Assembly: GCA_043807505.1 (NCBI GenBank)
Contig: JAZDFW010000066.1
Coordinates: 1-55,234 of the forward strand
Length of the DNA stretch: 55,234 nucleotides
Reading direction: 5' to 3'
Source: Candidatus Omnitrophota bacterium
Lineage (GTDB): Bacteria; Omnitrophota; Gorgyraeia; Gygaellales; Profunditerraquicolaceae
This document shows, one piece after another, positions 1 through 8,305 of the stretch (position 1 is the stretch's first letter; every line of letters begins with the position of its first letter). The position numbers were made by a program, and so were the translations under genes. The notes beneath the pieces were generated by a model. The model worked only from the letters and a program-made list of their open reading frames with translations. It ran no database searches and had not been told where the DNA came from.

Positions 1-19
1 CCCGTTTCTTTAAGGTATA

Positions 20-607
20 ATGCCCAACAAGCGGCTTTATAGGCTAATAGTTATTCTGTCTATCTTTTTCTGCCTGGGGATTACCGGTGCCCATGCATTT
101 GACGACGGTTTCAGCCAGGCCAAGAAGATGGAAAGTAAACATTTTACCATCTATTATAAGCCGCAAGTTGACCTCTGGCGCCTTGCGCAGGAATTAAATG
201 TTAGCCCATCGGATGAACTTCTGGCGGGTAAGGCTACGAAGGAAGGGGCTTCATCCGAAGCAGGACTGGTAGATATGTTAGATACGCTTTTTACCAAGGT
301 CTGCGATATCCTGGATATGCGCCTTTATAGTTTTAAAGGCACGATTAAAATCTGCGAGGATTCTCGTCAGCTAAACAGCATATACCACCAGGTATTTAAT
401 AAGGCTCCGACGCAAGAGACGCGTTCTTTTTATGCTTATGCCGTAAATACGATTTATACATCCGTAGATAATTTTAAGCTCGTGATAGTCGGCCATGAAA
501 TAGGCCACGCTATTATCAGCCATTACTTTGTAGTTCAGCCGTCGGTAAAAATCCAGGAACTCCTGGCGGCGTATGTAGAATTCCAGTTACGCAAAACAGC
601 TAAGTAA
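20..607 (+). CDS. Secreted hypothetical protein with HExxH zincin-like motif
   Basis: N-terminal hydrophobic signal ending AHA; GHEIGH motif and downstream E near the C-terminus. Confidence 0.6.
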   Translation: MPNKRLYRLIVILSIFFCLGITGAHAFDDGFSQAKKMESKHFTIYYKPQVDLWRLAQELNVSPSDELLAGKATKEGASSEAGLVDMLDTLFTKVCDILDMRLYSFKGTIKICEDSRQLNSIYHQVFNKAPTQETRSFYAYAVNTIYTSVDNFKLVIVGHEIGHAIISHYFVVQPSVKIQELLAAYVEFQLRKTAK

Positions 608-651
608 GATTATCAGGTTCATTGAGTTTATGGAGTTATTATAGCAATGAC

Positions 652-728
652 GGCGGAGTAGCTCAGCCTGATAGAGCACGCGGCTCATACCCGCTTGGTC
701 GGTGGTTTAAATCCACTCTCCGCCACCA
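652..728 (+). tRNA. tRNA-Met(CAT), elongator type
   Basis: GGCGGAG/CTCCGCC acceptor stem, GCTC/GAGC D stem, loop CT-CAT-AC, GGTGG/CCACT T stem, encoded ACCA; G1-C72 paired (not initiator); G2-C71 and C3-G70 fit Met. Confidence 0.9.
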
Positions 729-767
729 ATCTTGCATTCGGTTTAGACAGTCAGCGAGATTGTTTGA

Positions 768-799
768 GAGAGTGGTCCTGCGAAGCAGGGCATACTCTC
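768..799. repeat. GAA-triloop hairpin repeat, copy 1
   Basis: GAGAGTGGTCCTGC-GAA-GCAGGGCATACTCTC; near-identical copy at 878-906. Confidence 0.8.
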
Positions 800-807
800 C
801 GCCACCA
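794..807 (+). repeat. 14-bp duplication of the tRNA-Met 3' end (att-like)
   Basis: ACTCTCCGCCACCA identical to 715-728. Confidence 0.75.
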
Positions 808-877
808 GCTTACTTGATATCGGTGGGGCGGTACTCTGTTTCCAATAATATCGGAGTACATGCCACTTTACATGTGT

Positions 878-906
878 GAGAGTGGCCCTACGAAGTAGGG
901 CATACT
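878..906. repeat. GAA-triloop hairpin repeat, copy 2
   Basis: GAGAGTGGCCCTAC-GAA-GTAGGGCATACT; differences from copy 1 preserve pairing. Confidence 0.8.
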
Positions 907-940
907 TAAATATAGTAACCGTAAAAAAGGAGGGGACAAG

Positions 941-1261
941 ATGAGGTTAGTTTATGCGTTGGTTTGCGCAGTCTTTATTGCGGGCTTGTTATTTGGTTGT
1001 ACTACCGTGCAAAAAGGAGCAGCGATAGGGGCAGCCGGCGGTGCTGGCATAGGTGCAATTATAGGACATCAATCCGATAATACGGGTAAGGGCGCTTTAA
1101 TTGGGGCAGGCGCAGGGGCTTTAGCAGGCGCACTCATCGGAGATGCTATGGAGCAGAAAAAGGCAGTTACAAAGTTCTGCCCTAAATGCGGCAAGACATT
1201 CAAGGACGCCCAGATGACGCACTGCCCTTACGACGGAACAGAATTACAGCTGGTTAAATAA
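941..1261 (+). CDS. Glycine-zipper lipoprotein with C-terminal zinc ribbon
   Basis: GGAGG SD; lipobox LFGC; GAAIGAAGGAGIGAIIG zipper; CPKC...CPYD. Confidence 0.8.
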   Translation: MRLVYALVCAVFIAGLLFGCTTVQKGAAIGAAGGAGIGAIIGHQSDNTGKGALIGAGAGALAGALIGDAMEQKKAVTKFCPKCGKTFKDAQMTHCPYDGTELQLVK

Positions 1262-1321
1262 TGTCAGTGTTTTAGAGTTGTACTTTGCCGTTGAGCTTAT
1301 TGAGGAAAGGGGGAGAATAAA

Positions 1322-1894
1322 ATGAAAAAAATTATTTTATTCATACTGGTATTGTCAATAATCCCTGCTATAATTTTTGCCCAGGAAGAAGCAGAAGCAT
1401 TTGGGGAACAGCAAAAGGCAAAGTCGCAGAAGTATATGCAACAACAAAGAGAGGAGCAGGTAGCTTTTCTAAAAACTTTAGAAGGGAAAAAATCCAAAGA
1501 TATAGTTGCAGTGATGGTGCCTTACTTTGAAGCTCAATACCAAGATCTTCGAAAATTTAATATCCAGAGACAACAACAAGGTTTGGCTTTTGCGAAGAAC
1601 CAATTAGCAACGAACAGCGAACTAACCGATGCCCAAAAAGTGGATATTATTAAAAGAGTGGCAATAAATTTCCAGGAAGAGCTTTTGCTCAATGATCAAC
1701 AATATAATGAAGATGTGCTTTTTAGGAATGAGATCGCGAAGAATCCCAATATGACCCAAGGGCAGAAGTTAGCGGCTATTAAAGCCCGCGGGGAAGAGCG
1801 AAGGGCCAGGTCAAATGAACGAAGTCAACAGCGGATAGCGGGAATAAAAGCAGGACGAGAAAAGATTTATTCTGGGGTAAAGACAAAAGAATAA
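1322..1894 (+). CDS. Secreted helical hypothetical protein
   Basis: Signal peptide MKKIILFILVLSIIPAIIFA; Q/E/K/R-rich helical body; purine-rich SD. Confidence 0.65.
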   Translation: MKKIILFILVLSIIPAIIFAQEEAEAFGEQQKAKSQKYMQQQREEQVAFLKTLEGKKSKDIVAVMVPYFEAQYQDLRKFNIQRQQQGLAFAKNQLATNSELTDAQKVDIIKRVAINFQEELLLNDQQYNEDVLFRNEIAKNPNMTQGQKLAAIKARGEERRARSNERSQQRIAGIKAGREKIYSGVKTKE

Positions 1895-2074
1895 TCAAAC
1901 CGAATTTTTCCAGCCCGATTACCCTGACTAGATACACAAGAATAACGATAGGCAGGATATAGTTTAAGTTTTCCAGGGCAGAGAGGGGGGGGGAGAGTAT
2001 TCCTCAGAACAAGCTGCTTTTTTTCTTACCGAAACCAACTTATAAATTTTTCTTATGCGCGAGAGCATATTCAT
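1893..2074 (-). pseudogene. Frameshifted N-terminal remnant of a Wzx-type polysaccharide flippase
   Basis: Minus strand: GGGGAG SD, ATG at 2074, then after frameshifts LSALENLNYILPIVILVYLVRVIGLEKFGLI, resembling the Wzx/RfbX N-terminal pattern; similarity ends at about 1893. Confidence 0.6.
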
Positions 2075-2188
2075 TCTCGACTCCCCTTTAGTTTCATTCT
2101 AAAACAAAAGAAGTCGATGTTTAATCTTTATAAAATTTATTTATAAACAGAGGCTGACGATAAAAAACCAGATATCTTAAAATATAAG

Positions 2189-3169
2189 ATGATCATAGAC
2201 AAGGTAAGAAGCATAATTAAAAGATATAATCTCATCCATAAGGGAGATGGGATTCTCATTGGTGTTTCGGGGGGGGCGGATTCCCTGGCCCTGCTTTGTT
2301 TATTGAGTAGTCTAAAAAAAGAATTACGACTAACTTTGCACATCGCCCATTTAGATCATAAGCTAAGAAAAGATTCCGGTAAAGATAGGGCTTTTGTAGA
2401 AAGATTTGCCAAGAGATTAAAAATTCCCATCACTTCGGTCGAGGTTAACATTAAGCAGTTAGCTAAGTTAGGCTCTTTGGAAGAAATTGCGCGTAATGCC
2501 CGTTTGGGTTTTTTCTTTAGGGTAGCCAAAGAAATCAAAGCCGATAAAATCGCCTTAGGCCATAATCTCGATGATCAGGCCGAAACTGTGCTCATGCGTA
2601 TTTTAAGAGGTACGGGGCTATACGGATTATCGGGAATCTTACCTAAAAGAAATATTGCCGGTTACGAAATAATCAGGCCTCTGATAGAAATAAGGCGCAA
2701 AGATATAGAGGCGTATTTAAAGAGAAAGAAGATTAAGCCGTGTATCGACGCCTCTAATTTAAAGGAGATTTATTTCAGGAATAAAATCAGGAATAGGCTA
2801 TTGCCCTTATTAGAGAAGGATTACAATAAGAATATTAAAGAGATATTGAGCAATATGGCAGAGAGTTTAGGATATGATTATGATTATTTAATGCGGGTGG
2901 CTCTGCGACTGCGGGTAACCAAAGGCACTAAATATAAGCTCAACCTCAATAGGTTTATGAAGCTGCATCCTGCGATACAGAGATTGGTATTGCGCCTGAG
3001 TATTGCCAGGTTAAAAGGCGATACGCGCAGGATTACCTTCCGGCATATCAGAGAGATAGGAGATTTGGTTATGAATCGTCCGGTTAACTCTATAGTCGAC
3101 CTGCCTAAAGGGGTATCCGTGATTAAGGGGAAGGAATACCTCTCTTTTGCCTTAAAGCCCAACCTTTAA
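2189..3169 (+). CDS. tilS: tRNA(Ile)-lysidine synthetase
   Basis: SGGADS PP-loop, HNLDDQAET, IRPL, RNKIR motifs; precedes ftsH. Confidence 0.97.
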   Translation: MIIDKVRSIIKRYNLIHKGDGILIGVSGGADSLALLCLLSSLKKELRLTLHIAHLDHKLRKDSGKDRAFVERFAKRLKIPITSVEVNIKQLAKLGSLEEIARNARLGFFFRVAKEIKADKIALGHNLDDQAETVLMRILRGTGLYGLSGILPKRNIAGYEIIRPLIEIRRKDIEAYLKRKKIKPCIDASNLKEIYFRNKIRNRLLPLLEKDYNKNIKEILSNMAESLGYDYDYLMRVALRLRVTKGTKYKLNLNRFMKLHPAIQRLVLRLSIARLKGDTRRITFRHIREIGDLVMNRPVNSIVDLPKGVSVIKGKEYLSFALKPNL

Positions 3170-3176
3170 TAAATAC

Positions 3177-3205
3177 TTGATTTTATAAGTATTTAAATAT
3201 ATAAT
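3177..3205 (+). promoter_or_regulatory. Sigma70-type promoter for ftsH overlapped by a 9-bp inverted repeat
   Basis: TTGATT-17 bp-TATAAT; TAAATACTT (3170-3178) and AAGTATTTA (3187-3195) inverted arms. Confidence 0.6.
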
Positions 3206-3230
3206 AAAATTTCAAACAGAAAGGTGAAAA

Positions 3231-5120
3231 ATGGCAAACCATAAAATCCCTAACTCCAAGAAAAACAATATACTTAGGCGTTTTCCCTGGATCTGGCTGG
3301 TGGTCATCGCAATTTTTTATATTATGTTTAATTCCCTGACCGTGCCTCTGACGGGTGTACCCAGGGAGATCTCTTACAGTGAATTCTACGGTATCCTGAA
3401 GGATAAGCCGGATAATATTAAATCCGTAGCCAAGATTGAAACTATCCTTCAGGGAGAATTTAACGATGGCTCTAAATTCTTCCTGAATATCCCCGATAAC
3501 GATACGGAGCTACTTAATCTCATGCGTCAGAACCTGAAACGTTTTGAAGTCAAGCCCCCACGTACTTTATTGGTAAATTTATTGTATTCCCTGGGGCCGA
3601 TAATCCTGCTGATATTTTTCTGGTGGATGATGGCTGCGCGGGGAGAGCAACTAGGAAACAAAATTATGGGTTTTGGTAAGATGCGGCCAAAGGTGCACAG
3701 TGAAAAAGAAGGTGAAAAAGTCACCTTTAGTAATGATGTTGCGGGCGTAGATGAGGCCAAAGAAGAGTTACAGGAGGTCATTGAATTTTTAAAGGATCCC
3801 AAAAGGTTTCAAAGGTTAGGGGGCAAGATTCCCAAGGGGGTACTCTTAGTTGGCCCTCCGGGATGCGGAAAAACTTTGGTTGCTAAAGCTGTTGCCGGAG
3901 AGGCGGGTGTGCCGTTTTTTAGCATATCGGGGTCTGATTTTGTGGAAATGTTCGTAGGCGTAGGGGCCAGCCGCGTCCGTGATTTATTTGAACAGGGCCG
4001 TAAGGCAGCAAAGATTTCCGGTAAAGGCGCGATTATTTTTATTGACGAAATAGATGCAGTAGGGCGCCTGCGTTTTTCAGGTGTCGGCGGAGGGCACGAC
4101 GAGAGGGAACAGACTTTGAATGCGCTTTTAGTAGAGATGGATGGATTTGCCACAGAGCAAGGATTAATCCTTATCGCTGCAACTAACCGGCCGGATACCC
4201 TGGACCCGGCGCTTTTGAGGCCGGGAAGATTTGACAGGGTTATTGTGGTAAACCTGCCGGATATAACAGGTAGAGAGGCGATACTAAAGGTGCATACCAG
4301 AAAAATAAAATTAGCTGTTGATGTTAATCTGAAAGTTATCGCGCAGCAAACCTCTTTGTTTTCAGGAGCAGATATTGCGAATTTGTGTAATGAGGCGGCA
4401 CTCTTAGCTGCCAGGCATAACAAAGAAGCGGTCCAGCAGCAAGACTTAGAGGCAGCCATAGAGCGCGTGATTATGGGGCCGGAGAAAAAAAGCAGGGTCA
4501 TGTCTAAACGCGAAAAAGAGTTAACTGCGATTCATGAGGCAGGGCATGCTATATTATCCCTGCTTATTCCCGAGGTAGACCCCGTTACCAAAGTATCAAT
4601 TATACCGAGAGGAATGGTAGGTGGGTATACTTTAGCCCATCCCCGGGAAGATAAAGGATATCATTCCAAGGGAGAGCTTCTTGGTGATATTGCGGTAGCT
4701 TTAGGTGGAAGGGTATCGGAGGAATTGAATTTCGGCGATATTACAACGGGTGCCGCCCGCGATTTGGAAGTAGCTACCCAGATAGCCAGGCAGATGGTTT
4801 GTGATTATGGAATGAGCGGGCGCTTGGGTAATATTACTTTAGGCAAAAGCCACGGCCCGGTATTTTTAGGCAGAGACCTTGTCGAAGAAAAGAACTATAG
4901 CGACGGAACAGCCAGCATTATTGATGAAGAAATAAAGCATATTATCGATGGGTGCTACGGCAGGGCAAAGAAACTAATCCAGGAGAATCAAGAAAAGTTA
5001 AAATTATTAGCCGATACCTTACTTGAAAAAGAAGTGCTTAGCGGAGAGGAAATCAAGCGTATGCTTGGTTTGGTAATACCCGATACCTCAAATGCGAATC
5101 CTCCAGCCCAAAAATCATAA
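3231..5120 (+). CDS. ftsH: ATP-dependent zinc metalloprotease FtsH
   Basis: Two TM helices, GPPGCGKT Walker A, FIDEID Walker B, SRH (RPGRFDR), HEAGH. Confidence 0.98.
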   Translation: MANHKIPNSKKNNILRRFPWIWLVVIAIFYIMFNSLTVPLTGVPREISYSEFYGILKDKPDNIKSVAKIETILQGEFNDGSKFFLNIPDNDTELLNLMRQNLKRFEVKPPRTLLVNLLYSLGPIILLIFFWWMMAARGEQLGNKIMGFGKMRPKVHSEKEGEKVTFSNDVAGVDEAKEELQEVIEFLKDPKRFQRLGGKIPKGVLLVGPPGCGKTLVAKAVAGEAGVPFFSISGSDFVEMFVGVGASRVRDLFEQGRKAAKISGKGAIIFIDEIDAVGRLRFSGVGGGHDEREQTLNALLVEMDGFATEQGLILIAATNRPDTLDPALLRPGRFDRVIVVNLPDITGREAILKVHTRKIKLAVDVNLKVIAQQTSLFSGADIANLCNEAALLAARHNKEAVQQQDLEAAIERVIMGPEKKSRVMSKREKELTAIHEAGHAILSLLIPEVDPVTKVSIIPRGMVGGYTLAHPREDKGYHSKGELLGDIAVALGGRVSEELNFGDITTGAARDLEVATQIARQMVCDYGMSGRLGNITLGKSHGPVFLGRDLVEEKNYSDGTASIIDEEIKHIIDGCYGRAKKLIQENQEKLKLLADTLLEKEVLSGEEIKRMLGLVIPDTSNANPPAQKS

Positions 5121-6327
5121 AGAATTAAAGAAGTTAATGCAGAATATTAAAGTTGACCCCTATGGCATTGATATTATGCTGCCTAAGTCAATTCAGCGTC
5201 TAGTTAGGGTTAATTCCCTATCCTGTATTGCGGCAAATATACTTAAACAACAGATGCTTTCTCTGGGTGCAGATGTGGCGTTAGCCAGGGGCGCCTTAAC
5301 CGGCAAGGCAAAGAAAACAGATTGTCTCTTGATGGGGACGCTCGCTCAATTCAAGCGCCTTACGGAAAAACTTGAGAAACAGCCTTTCGGCCTGGATAAC
5401 CTCGCCGGAGATTTATCGGATAGCCTTACTAACTACCAGAGGGATGAATTTACCCTGCATTTAGGCAGGCATAAATTAAGTCTTGGGGCAAGTAAGGCCC
5501 GTATTATAGGTATCGTAAATACTGCACCGGATTCTTTCAGCGGAGACGGTTTTTATCGGGGGCTCTCCCCATCAAAACTAAGAGTAAGACTTACAAAGGG
5601 GGCTCTCCCTGAAGGGCTTGTTGACTTCACAGAAAAAATGGTAAAAGAAGGGGCGGATATTATTGATATCGGAGGAGAGTCAACGCGGCCGGGGGCAAAG
5701 CCGGTTTCCGCCAAGGAAGAGCTAAGACGTACGATACCCCTGATTAAAAAGATTGCCGGGAAAATAAAGGTCCCCATTTCCATAGATACCTATAAGCCTG
5801 AGGTAGCCAGGCAGGCGTTGGATAACGGCGCGGTTATGGTAAATGACGTTACCGGGTTAAGAAATAATAAAATGATAGATATAGTTTCCCGATATAAGGC
5901 AGGCGTGGTAATTATGCATATGAAGGGAAAGCCGCGTAATATGCAGAATAATCCCGTATATACGTCTTTATTGGATGAAGTCATAGATTATTTACGGGAT
6001 GCTATAAACAGGGCGGTCGCGGCAGGTATAGACAGGAAAAAAATTATTATTGACCCGGGTATCGGTTTCGGTAAGAGTATGGGGCATAATTTAGAGATAC
6101 TCCGGAACCTTAAAGAATTTAAAATCTTAGGCCGGCCGATATTAGTCGGTGTATCCAGAAAATCATTTCTGGGTAAAATATTAAATGCGGGGCCCCAAGA
6201 GAGGATTTTTGGTACGGTATCCAGCTCTACACTTGCCGTGCAAAACGGCGCCAATATGGTGCGGGTCCATGACGTGAAGGCATTAAAAGATGCCTTAAGC
6301 GTCCTAAATACTATAAATAGACTATGA
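5092..6327 (+). CDS. folP: Dihydropteroate synthase with N-terminal extension
   Basis: PDSFS, DIGGESTRPG, DPGIGFGK, GVSRKS, VRVHDV. Confidence 0.95.
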   Translation: MRILQPKNHKELKKLMQNIKVDPYGIDIMLPKSIQRLVRVNSLSCIAANILKQQMLSLGADVALARGALTGKAKKTDCLLMGTLAQFKRLTEKLEKQPFGLDNLAGDLSDSLTNYQRDEFTLHLGRHKLSLGASKARIIGIVNTAPDSFSGDGFYRGLSPSKLRVRLTKGALPEGLVDFTEKMVKEGADIIDIGGESTRPGAKPVSAKEELRRTIPLIKKIAGKIKVPISIDTYKPEVARQALDNGAVMVNDVTGLRNNKMIDIVSRYKAGVVIMHMKGKPRNMQNNPVYTSLLDEVIDYLRDAINRAVAAGIDRKKIIIDPGIGFGKSMGHNLEILRNLKEFKILGRPILVGVSRKSFLGKILNAGPQERIFGTVSSSTLAVQNGANMVRVHDVKALKDALSVLNTINRL

Positions 6328-7115
6328 ATATATTAAATACTATCAGCTATATTCTAGTGGTGAAGCCGATAATCGAGGTATTAATTCTCTGGTTTGTAGT
6401 TTACCATATCCTGCTTTTCTTCGAGGGCACGCGCGCCATACAGGTTTTGCGCGGCATCATCATTCTTTTAGTTACTTTTTTCCTCTTTCAGAGCCTGGGC
6501 CTTGAGATCTTGGACTGGATATTCAGGAAATTATTCGCCATATCGGTCATTGCCATGCTGGTTATTTTTCATCCCGAAATAAGGCAGGGCCTGGCGCGGT
6601 TAGGCCAACGCCATCTTTTCGGTACGGCCTTAAGGGAAGAAGATGTGGATGCTATGTTACTGAAGATAGGCAAAGCGGCGGATAATCTTTGTAAAAATAA
6701 AGTCGGCGCGCTTATTGCCATACAAAAAAATGACCCTTTGACCGCTTATATTGAGAGCGGCGTTTTACTGGATGCGGTGGTATCTTCGGATTTAATTGAG
6801 ACCATATTTACGCCACCTAGCCTTCTGCATGACGGAGGCCTGATTGTGCAACACGGCCGCGTTATTGCTGCGGGATGCCTCTTTCCTCTTACCCAAAATC
6901 AGCATTTAAGCCGTATATACGGTACGCGCCACCGCGCTGCATTGGGTTTAAGCGAAGAGACAGACGCAATCGTGATTATTATTTCCGAAGAAAGACGTGA
7001 CATATCTTTGGTTTATCGCGGCAGGCTATATCAGAATTTAGCGCAGCAGGAGCTATTGCCCAGGATAAAAGAGTTTATGATTCTTGAGGGAGAAAATGAG
7101 CAAAGAAAAAGTTAG
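6324..7115 (+). CDS. cdaA: Membrane diadenylate cyclase CdaA
   Basis: Three N-terminal TMs, HDGG and GTRHRAA DAC motifs. Confidence 0.95.
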   Translation: MNILNTISYILVVKPIIEVLILWFVVYHILLFFEGTRAIQVLRGIIILLVTFFLFQSLGLEILDWIFRKLFAISVIAMLVIFHPEIRQGLARLGQRHLFGTALREEDVDAMLLKIGKAADNLCKNKVGALIAIQKNDPLTAYIESGVLLDAVVSSDLIETIFTPPSLLHDGGLIVQHGRVIAAGCLFPLTQNQHLSRIYGTRHRAALGLSEETDAIVIIISEERRDISLVYRGRLYQNLAQQELLPRIKEFMILEGENEQRKS

Positions 7116-7236
7116 TATCGGTAATCGCGTAGCCCATTGGTTTACCAGCCATCCCTGGCTTAAACTGATCGCCTTACTCCTTGCGGTCATGGTCTGGTTT
7201 TACGTGCGGGGCGAGATAAAGCAATTTAATTATTAA
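7096..7236 (+). CDS. 46-aa membrane peptide resembling the CdaR/YbbR N-terminal anchor (not in ORF track)
   Basis: GAGGGAG SD then MSKEKVSIGNRVAHWFTSHPWLKLIALLLAVMVWFYVRGEIKQFNY*; at the usual cdaR position. Confidence 0.75.
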   Translation: MSKEKVSIGNRVAHWFTSHPWLKLIALLLAVMVWFYVRGEIKQFNY

Positions 7237-7241
7237 AAGAA

Positions 7242-7952
7242 ATGCCAAGCCTCGGGGTTAATATTGATCACGTAGCTACCTTAAGAGAAATCCGGCATGG
7301 TATTGAGCCGGAGCCTGTTTTTGCCGCTTTGGTCTGTCAGGCTGCAGGAGCGGATAGTATAGTGGCGCATTTACGGGAAGACCGCCGGCATATCAAGGAG
7401 AGAGACCTGTGCATATTAAAAGAGCTGGTGAAGGTGAAATTAAATTTAGAGATGTCGCTGGCAGAAGACATCGTGGAGATTGCCTGTAAAACAAAACCCG
7501 ACCAGGCGACCCTGGTGCCAGAAAAAAGGCAGGAGATAACCACTGAAGGTGGCTTGGAGGTAGCGTTTAATTTTAAAAAAATAAAACAGGCTTTAGCAAA
7601 GCTAAAGAAAAAAGGCATTACCGTCAGTTTGTTTATTGACCCGGACAAAAAGCAAATCGATGCGACAAAGAAATTAGGAATAGGTATGATAGAGCTGCAT
7701 ACCGGACGTTACGCCGAAGCCGGGGATAAAAAAGAAGAGGATAAGTATTTCAGGCAACTAGAGTCAGCTACGCATTACGCAAAACAAAAGGGTTTGCATG
7801 TTTTTGCCGGACATGGCCTAAATTATTATAATGTATCCCGCATCGCTAAGATTAAGGGCATAGAAGAACTTAATATCGGTTATTCCATTGTCTGCCGCGC
7901 GGTATTGGTGGGTTTAGAAAGGGCAGTAAAAGAAATGAAGATGCTCATATGA
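7242..7952 (+). CDS. pdxJ: Pyridoxine 5'-phosphate synthase
   Basis: LGVNIDHVATLR, HLREDRRHI, LVPEKR, ELHTG, AGHGL. Confidence 0.97.
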   Translation: MPSLGVNIDHVATLREIRHGIEPEPVFAALVCQAAGADSIVAHLREDRRHIKERDLCILKELVKVKLNLEMSLAEDIVEIACKTKPDQATLVPEKRQEITTEGGLEVAFNFKKIKQALAKLKKKGITVSLFIDPDKKQIDATKKLGIGMIELHTGRYAEAGDKKEEDKYFRQLESATHYAKQKGLHVFAGHGLNYYNVSRIAKIKGIEELNIGYSIVCRAVLVGLERAVKEMKMLI

Positions 7953-8305
7953 TTATCGGCACAGGCGTAGATATAACGGAAGTAAGAAGGCTGCGGCAGG
8001 CCATAGAAAAATGGGGTAATGATTTTTTACATCGTGTGTTTACTAAAGAAGAATTAGAGAACGCTAAAACCCGCGGCAGCCTCTACCAACACCTTGCTGG
8101 AAGGTTTGCTGCTAAGGAAGCGGTTTTTAAAGCTTTAGGCGATAAGCACCTGAATTGGCAGGATGTCGAGATTCTAAATGACAAGGAAGGTAAGCCCTCC
8201 TGCGTAATCTTAAATGGCAGGGGTAAAAAAATAAATGTACATATTTCAATTTCGCATATAAAAAATTATGCGGTTGCCAACGCAATTATTACGCAGAAGC
8301 CTTAA
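7949..8305 (+). CDS. acpS: Holo-ACP synthase
   Basis: GTGVDI, AGRFAAKEA, SISH. Confidence 0.96.
   Translation: MIIGTGVDITEVRRLRQAIEKWGNDFLHRVFTKEELENAKTRGSLYQHLAGRFAAKEAVFKALGDKHLNWQDVEILNDKEGKPSCVILNGRGKKINVHISISHIKNYAVANAIITQKP

Noticed and set aside
652-728. tRNA(CAT) as tRNA-Ile2 because tilS is nearby
   Set aside because: The acceptor stem (G2-C71, C3-G70) fits elongator Met; proximity to tilS is not evidence.
810-877. Possible GIY-YIG nuclease remnant on the minus strand between the hairpins (KWHV, TDIK fragments)
   Set aside because: Too short and needs several frameshifts; cannot be distinguished from chance.
622-879. 85-aa ORF in the track
   Set aside because: Overlaps tRNA-Met and the hairpin repeats; TTG start and no protein-like features.
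768-906. Two 29-bp palindromic repeats as a mini CRISPR array
   Set aside because: Only two units, an 81-bp spacer and no cas genes in the window.
3170-3197. AT-rich palindrome as a dif (XerCD) site
   Set aside because: No match to the XerD arm TTATGTTAAAT; better explained as promoter or operator.
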